This document shows positions 8,528-17,284 of a stretch of DNA of 20,000 nt, piece after piece (position 1 is the stretch's first letter; every line of letters starts with the position of its first letter). Location of the stretch: IMG/VR virus record IMGVR_UViG_3300029305_001083, one strand, 5' to 3'. Source of the stretch: an uncultured virus (IMG/VR IMGVR_UViG_3300029305_001083) (Duplodnaviria > Heunggongvirae > Uroviricota > Caudoviricetes). A model generated the notes under the pieces. It had not been told where the DNA came from, did no database searches, and worked only from the letters and a program-made list of their open reading frames with translations. Made by a program: the position numbers and the translations under genes.

Positions 8528-9067
8528 ATGTTAGAGATAACAATACCAGGTCTAGAATATTTTAATGAAGAGACGAACGAATTCACTTATTACGACGATG
8601 TTACTATAGAACTGGAGCATTCCCTTGTGTCGATTTCAAAATGGGAATCGAATTGGTGTAAACCATTTCTTGATGGTAAAGATAAAACGATGGAAGAAAT
8701 AATCGATTATGTTAAATGTATGACTATAACAGATAAAGTCGACGATGATACGTATAATAGGTTGACGGAGGGTAATCTTATAGCAATTAATGAATATATC
8801 GGTCGACCGATGACTGCAACAACATTTAGAGAAGAAAAGAAACCTGGCGGGAGAGAGATAATAACATCTGAAATAATCTACTATTGGATGGTTTCTTATA
8901 ACATACCGTTCGAGTGTCAATATTGGCATCTTAACAGGCTATTAACACTGGTGAAAGTTTGTAATGTTAAGAATAATCCACCTAAGAAAATGTCACAACA
9001 AGAGATTCTAGCAAGAAATAAAGCCTTGAATGATGCTAGAAGAAAACAATACGGAACAAGGGGATGA
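8528..9067 (+). CDS. Conserved tail-module protein (possibly a stand-alone second chaperone)
   Basis: 179 aa, RBS AGGTGA. C-terminal IPFECQYWHLNRLLTL resembles gpT/Gp15-like chaperone segments. Call rests mainly on synteny. Confidence 0.5.
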   Translation: MLEITIPGLEYFNEETNEFTYYDDVTIELEHSLVSISKWESNWCKPFLDGKDKTMEEIIDYVKCMTITDKVDDDTYNRLTEGNLIAINEYIGRPMTATTFREEKKPGGREIITSEIIYYWMVSYNIPFECQYWHLNRLLTLVKVCNVKNNPPKKMSQQEILARNKALNDARRKQYGTRG

Positions 9068-9071
9068 TAGC

Positions 9072-9449
9072 TTGATACGGTTAACATCTAAAGGTGATTT
9101 CGATAAAACTTTTAGATTTCTAAAGAAAATGAGTAATTTCAAAGTTAATAAAATATTAGAGAAGTATGGAGCCATGGGTGTTAGCGCTTTATCGAACGCT
9201 ACACCTGTGGATAGTGGTTTAACAGCTAGTAGTTGGGGTTATGAAATCTCAGTTGGGAAAGAAGGAGCAACTATACATTGGACTAATACGAATCAACAAA
9301 ACGGTATTTATATAGCTGTTATTCTACAATACGGTCATGGAACTGGTACTGGGGGATATGTGCAAGGAAGAGATTACATCAACCCAGCCATTCGTCCGGT
9401 ATTCGACAAGATAGCCGAGGAGGCATGGATGGAGGTGGTTAACTCATGA
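9072..9449 (+). CDS. HK97 gp10-like neck / tail-completion protein
   Basis: TPVDSGLTASSW, LQYGHGT and YINPAIRP motifs. Start re-assigned from ATG 9030 to the in-frame TTG at 9072, which follows AAGGGG and avoids a 38-bp overlap. Confidence 0.75.
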   Translation: MIRLTSKGDFDKTFRFLKKMSNFKVNKILEKYGAMGVSALSNATPVDSGLTASSWGYEISVGKEGATIHWTNTNQQNGIYIAVILQYGHGTGTGGYVQGRDYINPAIRPVFDKIAEEAWMEVVNS

Positions 9450-12400
9450 GTTCCATTGACAAAAGAATAGTTCAGATGCAATTCGATAATCAGGGATTTG
9501 AACGCGGAGTAAAGGCGACACAAAAATCTCTAGAAAGTCTGAATGAAAGTCTCAAAATGAAAGGAGCCACAAACGGCCTTAGTGATGTTAATAGCGGTAT
9601 AAATAAGTTGACTTCACTGGGTATTGGTGCCTTATCTTCGGGTGTTGACACAGTATCAAGTAAATTCAACGCTCTTGGTATTATCGCCGCCACAGCCTTG
9701 ATGAATATTACAAACAGGGCGATTGAAACGGGTAGACGAGTTACCAACATGTTAACCATGGAACCTATAACTGGCGGATTTAGTGAGTACGAAACTAAAA
9801 TGAATGCCATCCAGACAATCTTAACAAATACCGCTAGTAAAGGTACAACAATGGATGATGTGACAGCGGGGTTGGCTGAATTAAATAAATACGCAGACCA
9901 AACTATATATAATTTCGCCGATATGACTAAAAATATTGGTACATTCACTGCAGCCGGTATCGATCTAGACACATCTATATCCGCAATTAAAGGTATAGCT
10001 AACTTAGCTGCGGGTTCCGGTTCTAGCGCACAGCAAGCATCTACCGCGATGTATCAATTATCGCAAGCTTTAGCAGCCGGTAAAGTAAGTTTGATGGATT
10101 GGAACTCGGTCGTTAATGCTGGTATGGGTGGAGAATTATTCCAAAACGCATTAATAGAAACGGCTAATGCGATGGGTATTGTTGTCGATAAAGGAAAACC
10201 GTTCAGGGAAACATTGCAGGATGGATGGTTAACTGCTGAGGTTCTAACTAAAACATTGGAGCAATTCGCTGAAGATGAAAGTTTAATCAAAGCTGCCACA
10301 GAAGTAAAAACATTTACCCAATTAGTGGATACCATGAAAGAATCCGTATCTTCTGGATGGGCTACTTCATGGGAACACATAATCGGGGATAAAGAACAAG
10401 CGGCGGAATTCTTCACTTCGATAAGTGATGGGTTTAATTCCATCATGCAACCATCGACGGATGCTCGAAATTCCATGCTTAAGTTTTGGAATGAACACGG
10501 TGGACGCGCTGCGATTATAGAAGGCTTAACGAATATCGTGGAAAGTTTTGGTAAAGTATTACGAGGTATCGGAATGGCGTGGGATATGGTATTTCCACCG
10601 ATGACCGGACAAAAGCTCGTTGACCTTTCTAATAAATTTAAAGACTTAACGGAAAAATTCAAAATAACCGATCAAACAGCCGGTAAGATAGGACGAGTGT
10701 TTAAAGGTTTCTTTGATACCATAGTTATGGTTAAAGATGGTGTTGTGAGTTTTGTTAAGGCGATGTTTCCTATTAAAGACGTATTTAAGGGATTTGGCGC
10801 TGGTGCTCTAGACGCCGCAGCCGAGGTCGGTGGATTCTTTAGTAATCTGAGCGAAACAATCGCTAAAAAGGGATATTTCGAAACTATCGCTTCCGGTGTA
10901 ACCACGGCTTCAACGAAAATAGCGGGATTCATGTTAAATATTAAAAGTGGTATGAGTACCGCATGGGGTTATATATCGAGTATGGATTTCGAAGGATTCT
11001 TTGAAAGTATCAAAAACGGATTTGATGGTGTTCTTGAGTTTTTTAAACCCATGGTGGATAGTATAGCCAACGTTATAGGTACTATTAATTTCGATACGTT
11101 ATTCGGTCTAGTTAAAGCAGGATCGGCAATAGAGATTGTTAAAGCCTTAAAAGGTATGTTCGCTGAGATCGAGGGTGTTGGGGAATCGGCTAAAGGTATT
11201 TTTGGATCGATAAAAGAGCTTGGTAGTGGTATCGCCGAAACTCTATCGTCCGTAAGAGAAACATTAGAAGAGTATCAGAAAAATCTACAAGCTGATACAT
11301 TGATTAAAATTGCCGGAGCGATAGCAATTTTAGCAGCATCTTTATTATTGATATCCACTCTTGACGCTAAACAAATTACAACCGGCCTATTAGGTTTAAT
11401 GGGAATTGTTCTAGAACTCGTCGGTGCATTCTTATTGGTTGCTAAATTTGGTACCGGTAAAGGTATGTTGGCGATGGCAACAATTGGTGATACTATGAGA
11501 AATATAGCCATCGGTATTGGTATATTAGCGTTAGCGTTGAAAGCCCTATCAACTTTATCGCCAGAACAATTAGTTACAGGTATTCTCGGTTTAACCGTCG
11601 CTATGACTACAATGGTTATAGCTGCGAGATTAATTAGCGGGCATACAAAAGGTTTGATACGCGGATCGATAGGTCTTACTATATTCGCTGGGGCGCTACA
11701 CGTTATGGCTAGTGCGTTAGAAGCACTCGGTTCTATAGACCCCGAAGTATTAGGTTCAGGATTAGTTGCTTTGGGAATATTATTAGGTGAATTAGCTATA
11801 TTTATGATTGGAGCAAAATTTGGGTCGCTCGGTATGACATCCGCAATCGGAATATTGATATTATCACATGCGTTATTGGTACTTAAAGACGCTGTTGATG
11901 GATTTGGAAAAATGAATCCCGAACAAATCGTAAAAGGATTGGCTGGTATAGCCGGTATATTAACAGAGATAGCTTTATTCTCGGCGTTTGCCGGGGGAGG
12001 TCTAAACATGGTGGTCTTAGGTGTCGGTATGATGGCACTCGGCGAAGCAATGAAATCGCTTGCGGTTGTTATGGGATATTTTGGTACCATGGATTGGGGT
12101 GATATAGGTAAGGGTCTAGTTACTATGGCCGGATCACTACTGATACTAGGGACTTCTTCAAAACTTATATCTGGAATAAAAATGACGGTTGTTGCTATGG
12201 GTATAGCGGCAATGTCTGCGGCATTAATGTTATTGGCTGAAGTAATAAAATCAATGGGTGGTATGAAAGTAGAAGAAATACAACTCGGATTAGTCACGTT
12301 GGCTGGATCTCTAGCCATCTTAGCAATTGCCATGGCGGCTATGTCTAGTTGTTTACTTGGTGCAGCGGCATTGGTAGTGGTTGCTGGAGCATTAGCAATA

Positions 12401-13936
12401 TTAACACCTCAACTTATAATAATGTCACAAATGAGTCTAGAGGGTGTTGGTATAGCATTATTAGCACTAGCCGGGGCATTCACGGTATTAGGTTTAGCCG
12501 GCTTAATATTAACACCGGTGGTTCCAACATTAATTGGATTAGCCGGAGCAATAGCTTTACTCGGACTTGGTGCCGTAGCGTGTGGCGCAGGTTTAACGAT
12601 GATTGGTACTGGATTAGCTGCAATAGGTGTCGCTATCGGTGGTTCAGGATTATTGATTATCGAGTTCCTTAAACAGGCGATTAATTTATTACCACAATTA
12701 GGGACTAAACTGGGAGAAATGTTTGTTAATATGGCTGTAGCTATCGGTAATAGTGCATCGGCAATATTAACTGCTTTGGAGCAAATATTAATGGCTTTAT
12801 TACAAGCAATTCAAAATGTAATACCGAAAGTAATAGAGGTAGCGGTTGATATTGTAGTGGCTTTAGCCGAAGGCTTAGCTCGAGGGGTTCCAGCTGTAGT
12901 TACAGCAGCGATGGAGTTAATAAAAGGTGTCCTACAGGGTATCGCGGCTAATATCGAAGATATTGTGGTAGCTGGTATGGAGTGCGTAATCGGATTCATG
13001 GATGGTATAGCCTCTCGAATAGGAGACGTTATTCAGTCAGGTATCGAATTAGCCCTAAGCTTCATTGAGGGTGTTGCTGACGGTTTAACTAACAACAAAG
13101 AACGCATAGGGGAAGCCGTTAGAAAAGTAATAAAAGCGATGCTAACAACAGGTGTTGAGGTGATAAAAGGTGGTTTAACCGGATTCCTTCAAGGAGGTAA
13201 AGAATTACTTGGTGGTTTAGTTGACGGTATCAAAGCTAAATGGCCCGCAGTCAAAGAAGCCGTTAAAAGCGCTATCGATAAAGCAAAGGGAGCAGTAGCT
13301 AACGCGGGAAGTAAACTATTACAAGCAGGTAAAGACTTAATTCAAGGATTCATCAATGGTATTGCTTCAAAAGCTTGGGCTGTAATTTCCAAAGCGACCG
13401 AAGTTGTTGGTGGAGCAGTGGAAGCCGTTAAAAACTTCTTGGGTATTAACTCGCCATCAAGAGTATTTATGGAAATAGGTAAATATACCGCACAAGGTAT
13501 GTCTATTGGTTTGGATAAATATGCGTATATGGCTGAAGATTCGGCATCCGGATTAGCTGAAAATGTTGTAAATAATGTTAAAAACCCATTATCCAATATA
13601 GCTAAATTAGTCGATGGAGATATAGATATTAATCCAACCATCACACCGGTAATGGATTTATCGAATGTTGAACAAGGGGCACGTCGTCTAAGTGATATGA
13701 TCGGTAATCAAGATGTTAGAATAAATGCTAGAACTGGAATGCTTGCGGGAAGTGTTGGTAAAATTCAAAATGGAAAAGATAACAGCGATGTTATCTCGGC
13801 AATAAAAGATTTAAAAGAAGGTTTAAGTAATAGCACGTCATATAATATTAACGGTATAACATATGATGATGGAAGTAATATAACAAACGCCGTCGAAACA
13901 TTAGTTAGAGCGGCTAGAATAGAAAGGAGGATATAG
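9446..13936 (+). CDS. Tail tape measure protein
   Basis: 1496 aa, Ala/Gly-rich and helical. N-terminal tape-measure domain (AMYQLSQALAAGKVSLMDWNSV), long hydrophobic repeat region, C-terminal LGINSPSRVFMEIG motif. RBS GGAGGTG. Confidence 0.95.
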   Translation: MSSIDKRIVQMQFDNQGFERGVKATQKSLESLNESLKMKGATNGLSDVNSGINKLTSLGIGALSSGVDTVSSKFNALGIIAATALMNITNRAIETGRRVTNMLTMEPITGGFSEYETKMNAIQTILTNTASKGTTMDDVTAGLAELNKYADQTIYNFADMTKNIGTFTAAGIDLDTSISAIKGIANLAAGSGSSAQQASTAMYQLSQALAAGKVSLMDWNSVVNAGMGGELFQNALIETANAMGIVVDKGKPFRETLQDGWLTAEVLTKTLEQFAEDESLIKAATEVKTFTQLVDTMKESVSSGWATSWEHIIGDKEQAAEFFTSISDGFNSIMQPSTDARNSMLKFWNEHGGRAAIIEGLTNIVESFGKVLRGIGMAWDMVFPPMTGQKLVDLSNKFKDLTEKFKITDQTAGKIGRVFKGFFDTIVMVKDGVVSFVKAMFPIKDVFKGFGAGALDAAAEVGGFFSNLSETIAKKGYFETIASGVTTASTKIAGFMLNIKSGMSTAWGYISSMDFEGFFESIKNGFDGVLEFFKPMVDSIANVIGTINFDTLFGLVKAGSAIEIVKALKGMFAEIEGVGESAKGIFGSIKELGSGIAETLSSVRETLEEYQKNLQADTLIKIAGAIAILAASLLLISTLDAKQITTGLLGLMGIVLELVGAFLLVAKFGTGKGMLAMATIGDTMRNIAIGIGILALALKALSTLSPEQLVTGILGLTVAMTTMVIAARLISGHTKGLIRGSIGLTIFAGALHVMASALEALGSIDPEVLGSGLVALGILLGELAIFMIGAKFGSLGMTSAIGILILSHALLVLKDAVDGFGKMNPEQIVKGLAGIAGILTEIALFSAFAGGGLNMVVLGVGMMALGEAMKSLAVVMGYFGTMDWGDIGKGLVTMAGSLLILGTSSKLISGIKMTVVAMGIAAMSAALMLLAEVIKSMGGMKVEEIQLGLVTLAGSLAILAIAMAAMSSCLLGAAALVVVAGALAILTPQLIIMSQMSLEGVGIALLALAGAFTVLGLAGLILTPVVPTLIGLAGAIALLGLGAVACGAGLTMIGTGLAAIGVAIGGSGLLIIEFLKQAINLLPQLGTKLGEMFVNMAVAIGNSASAILTALEQILMALLQAIQNVIPKVIEVAVDIVVALAEGLARGVPAVVTAAMELIKGVLQGIAANIEDIVVAGMECVIGFMDGIASRIGDVIQSGIELALSFIEGVADGLTNNKERIGEAVRKVIKAMLTTGVEVIKGGLTGFLQGGKELLGGLVDGIKAKWPAVKEAVKSAIDKAKGAVANAGSKLLQAGKDLIQGFINGIASKAWAVISKATEVVGGAVEAVKNFLGINSPSRVFMEIGKYTAQGMSIGLDKYAYMAEDSASGLAENVVNNVKNPLSNIAKLVDGDIDINPTITPVMDLSNVEQGARRLSDMIGNQDVRINARTGMLAGSVGKIQNGKDNSDVISAIKDLKEGLSNSTSYNINGITYDDGSNITNAVETLVRAARIERRI

Positions 13937-16222
13937 ATGGCAAAGGCAACGATAACGCAGATAGGATTACAAACTGGAACAACCAGAACCGTTTTTGCTA
14001 CTTGGACGTGGACGAAACGAGATCAAACCGATAAATACGATGTTCGCTGGTATTATGGTACAGGAGACGGGATTCGTTTCATAGGTAATCAAGAGCAGGT
14101 TGAAATAACAAATGCGCAGCTTCAAAGTACATATACTCCGCCCGAAAACGCATATGTTGTTAAACTCCAAGTTAAGCCTATCGCTAAAACACGTAAGGTT
14201 AACGATAAAGACATAGCATATTGGACGGCTGAATGGTCGACCGAAGCGGTTTATTATTTTAGTAATAACCCACCAACCACGCCGGGGATACCAAATGTAG
14301 TGATAGACGACTATACACTTACTACTTCTTTGGAAAATCTAAACGTTGGTGGGAATCAGATACAATTTCAAGTTGTAAAAGACGATTCCACTATATTTAA
14401 TAGCGGAATAGCGAATATAGTAACATCCTCGGCGTCTTATTCGTGTTCGGTTACACCAGGTTCAAAATATAAGGTTAGATGTAGAGCCAAGAAAAACGAT
14501 ATGTATAGCGGATGGACTGAGTATTCGGCTAATGTGGATACCATCCCAGCAACACCAAAAGAAATAACATCTTGTCATGCTATAAGTGATACAGCAGTGT
14601 TTATGAGTTGGTCTTCTATATCTTCTTCCACATCATATGATATAGAATATGCCACGAATCCGGATTATCTCGGAAATTCAAACGCATCCACGACGATAAA
14701 TAATATTACAAATTCACAATATACGATTACTGGATTGACTACTGGACAAAAATATTATTTTAGAGTTAGAGCGGTAAATGAAAAAGGCGAGTCGGCTTGG
14801 AGTAATTCTTCAAGTGTTATCATTGGGACAAAACCTGTTGCACCCACTACGTGGTCTTCGACAACTACTGCTACGATTGGAGAGCAAGTGGTATTATATT
14901 GGATACATAATACCGAAGACGGTTCAAGTGAACATTATGCCGAGGTAGAGATGTATGTGAACGGTACGAAATATACTTATACTGTAAAAAACGAAAATAA
15001 AGACGAAGAGAAAAATAGTTTCTATACTGTAAATACGTCTAGATATTCCGACGGGGCAACTATTAATTGGCGAGTTAGAACCGCAGGTATAACCTTGAAT
15101 TATGGTGAATGGTCTATACAAAGAACTGTAAATATTTACGCCCCAGCAACACTAGAATTACATATAACAGATAAAAGTGGTGATGACGTGTATGAAATAA
15201 CATCATTCCCATTTTTCATTAAAGGTATAGCTGGTCCAGATAACCAAACGGTAATCGGTTATCATGTCTCCATAACATCTAATTCGTCTTATGAAACCAT
15301 CGATGAGATGGGAAACGTCAAAATGATTAATGCTGGTGATGAGGTATATTCTAAATTTTACGATGTAAAACAAGAATTGATTTTAGAATTAACGGCCGGA
15401 AGTATAGATTTGGAGAATAATATCAAATATACAGTAAATTGTATATCCACAATGGATACCGGCATAGCTGCTCAAGAATCTCGAACATTCATGGTTGCGT
15501 GGTCGGAAAACACATATGAACCCAACGCTGAAATAGGATACGATCCCGAAACATTATCGGCATATATCCGCCCATATTGCGAAGATATAAATGGCAATTT
15601 AATCGGTGATATAACTTTGTCGGTTTATAGACGTCAATACGATGGGGGTTTTATTGAAATCGGTAAGGGTCTAACTAATACGAATTCCACTTTTGTTACA
15701 GACCCACATCCATCACTGGATTATGGACGCTACAGAATTGTGGCTGTAGATAATACAACAGGGAGCGTGAGTTATTCGGATATCCCTGGGTATCCAATTG
15801 GTGAAAAAGCAATAATTATTCAATGGGGCGAGAAATGGATTAATTTTGACGACCTAGGTGAGCTACCACAAGAACCCCCAGCATGGTCGGGTTCAATGTT
15901 AAAACTACCTTACAATATAGACGTGTCTGACAGTAACTCGGCGGATGTATCATTCATCGAATATATAGGGCGTTCTCATCCTGTTAGTTACTACGGCACA
16001 CAATTGGGGTCAACATCAACATGGAAGGTCGACATCGATAAAAAAGATAAAAAAACATTATATTCTTTAAGACGTCTCGCGACATGGATGGGGGATGTTT
16101 ATGTTCGTGAACCATCCGGAAGTGGTTATTGGGCCAACATATCCGTATCATTCGACCAAACACATAGAGAATTAGTCATACCTGTAACATTGAATATTAC
16201 AAGAGTAGAAGGTGGTATATAA
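13937..16222 (+). CDS. Minor tail protein with multiple fibronectin type III / Ig-like domains (distal-tail position)
   Basis: 761 aa. Clear FN3 signatures YTITGLTTGQKYYFRVRAVNEKGESAWS, YKVRCRAK...YSGWT and WRVRTAG...YGEWS. First gene after the tape measure. RBS AAAGGAGG. Confidence 0.8.
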   Translation: MAKATITQIGLQTGTTRTVFATWTWTKRDQTDKYDVRWYYGTGDGIRFIGNQEQVEITNAQLQSTYTPPENAYVVKLQVKPIAKTRKVNDKDIAYWTAEWSTEAVYYFSNNPPTTPGIPNVVIDDYTLTTSLENLNVGGNQIQFQVVKDDSTIFNSGIANIVTSSASYSCSVTPGSKYKVRCRAKKNDMYSGWTEYSANVDTIPATPKEITSCHAISDTAVFMSWSSISSSTSYDIEYATNPDYLGNSNASTTINNITNSQYTITGLTTGQKYYFRVRAVNEKGESAWSNSSSVIIGTKPVAPTTWSSTTTATIGEQVVLYWIHNTEDGSSEHYAEVEMYVNGTKYTYTVKNENKDEEKNSFYTVNTSRYSDGATINWRVRTAGITLNYGEWSIQRTVNIYAPATLELHITDKSGDDVYEITSFPFFIKGIAGPDNQTVIGYHVSITSNSSYETIDEMGNVKMINAGDEVYSKFYDVKQELILELTAGSIDLENNIKYTVNCISTMDTGIAAQESRTFMVAWSENTYEPNAEIGYDPETLSAYIRPYCEDINGNLIGDITLSVYRRQYDGGFIEIGKGLTNTNSTFVTDPHPSLDYGRYRIVAVDNTTGSVSYSDIPGYPIGEKAIIIQWGEKWINFDDLGELPQEPPAWSGSMLKLPYNIDVSDSNSADVSFIEYIGRSHPVSYYGTQLGSTSTWKVDIDKKDKKTLYSLRRLATWMGDVYVREPSGSGYWANISVSFDQTHRELVIPVTLNITRVEGGI

Positions 16223-17280
16223 TGCCTAATTGGTTATCTTCAATGCAACAAACGTTCGAATATTATATTGTTGATCCGGGAACATGGAAAGATATAAAAA
16301 AAATCGATAATATAACAGACAGTACAATAAATAGAGATTTAGAAGCAGAGACACTTGGTTCGGCATCAATCACAATTACAGAGTCGCTAGGTGAATGTTA
16401 TATACGCGTTTACCTTATAACGATTCAAAATGGAATTAGAGAAAAGCATCCGTTAGGTACTTTCTTGGTACAGACTCCATCGTATAGCTTTGATGGGAAG
16501 ATTAAAAACATAACGATGGATGCATACACCCCTCTTTTAGAACTTAAAGAGAACCCAACACCGCTTGGGTACTCTATTCTAAAAGGTGAAAATATATTAG
16601 ATATCTCTTATAGAATAGTAAGAGAGCGATTAAGAGCTCCGGTTGTAAAAACCGAAAACGAGGATATCCTTAATGTGAATTTCATCGCAAATATTGATGA
16701 TACATGGATCACATTCATACGTGATTTATTGGGAAATGCTAAGCATTCTTTATATTTAGATGAAATGGGTCGTGTGTTATTCACACCAGAACAAGACACG
16801 GCGTCATTACAACCCGTGTGGTCATATGACGACTCGAATAGTTCCATATTATACCCTCAGTTAGATATAGATCACGATTTATATGGCATACCAAATGTTG
16901 TGGAGGTTGTATATTCTAATGGACTCGAGTATTATTACGGTAGAGCGGTAAATAATGACCCCGCGAGTCCTATATCTGTGGTCAATAGAGGGCGTGAGAT
17001 AACACATCGCGAGAATAATCCCAATTTACTAGGTAACCCAAGCAAAGAAGAAGTACAAGCCTATGCTGAGCGAACACTTCGCGAGTTATCCGCGTTGGAA
17101 TACACAATAACTTATACACATGGATATTGTCCTGTTAGAATAGGAGATTGTGTACGGTTGAATTATTCTAGAGCGGGATTACATGGTGTAAAAGCGAAAG
17201 TAATTAGTCAAAGTATTAAATGTGAACCCGGGTGTCCGGTAACAGAGAAAGCCGTATTTACATCAGAATTATGGAGGTGA
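16222..17280 (+). CDS. Putative baseplate hub / Tal-like tail protein
   Basis: 352 aa, TAATG coupling. LYLDEMGRVLF, IPNVVEV and PVRIGDCVRL resemble hub (gp27-like) proteins. Synteny agrees. Confidence 0.6.
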   Translation: MPNWLSSMQQTFEYYIVDPGTWKDIKKIDNITDSTINRDLEAETLGSASITITESLGECYIRVYLITIQNGIREKHPLGTFLVQTPSYSFDGKIKNITMDAYTPLLELKENPTPLGYSILKGENILDISYRIVRERLRAPVVKTENEDILNVNFIANIDDTWITFIRDLLGNAKHSLYLDEMGRVLFTPEQDTASLQPVWSYDDSNSSILYPQLDIDHDLYGIPNVVEVVYSNGLEYYYGRAVNNDPASPISVVNRGREITHRENNPNLLGNPSKEEVQAYAERTLRELSALEYTITYTHGYCPVRIGDCVRLNYSRAGLHGVKAKVISQSIKCEPGCPVTEKAVFTSELWR

Positions 17281-17284
17281 TTAA

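Noticed and set aside
8490..8530. Programmed frameshift fusing the two tail chaperone ORFs (lambda G/GT type)
   Set aside because: No slippery heptamer is evident near the end of 8143..8511. The downstream frame has an in-frame TGA at 8519-8521 just before its own RBS and ATG, so a fusion is blocked.
3015..8929. Short antisense or alternate-frame ORFs in the cargo, portal, capsid and tail genes
   Set aside because: They overlap well-supported + strand genes entirely and show no motif support.
9030..9071. ATG 9030 as start of the gp10-like gene
   Set aside because: It overlaps the upstream gene by 38 bp and has no RBS. TTG 9072 has a purine-rich SD and fits better.
9490..13644. Long minus-strand ORFs (e.g. 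11275..12333, 10054..10662) and the nested + ORF 12349..12672
   Set aside because: They are shadows of the Ala/Gly/Leu-rich tape measure frame, with biased low-information sequence and no recognisable motifs.
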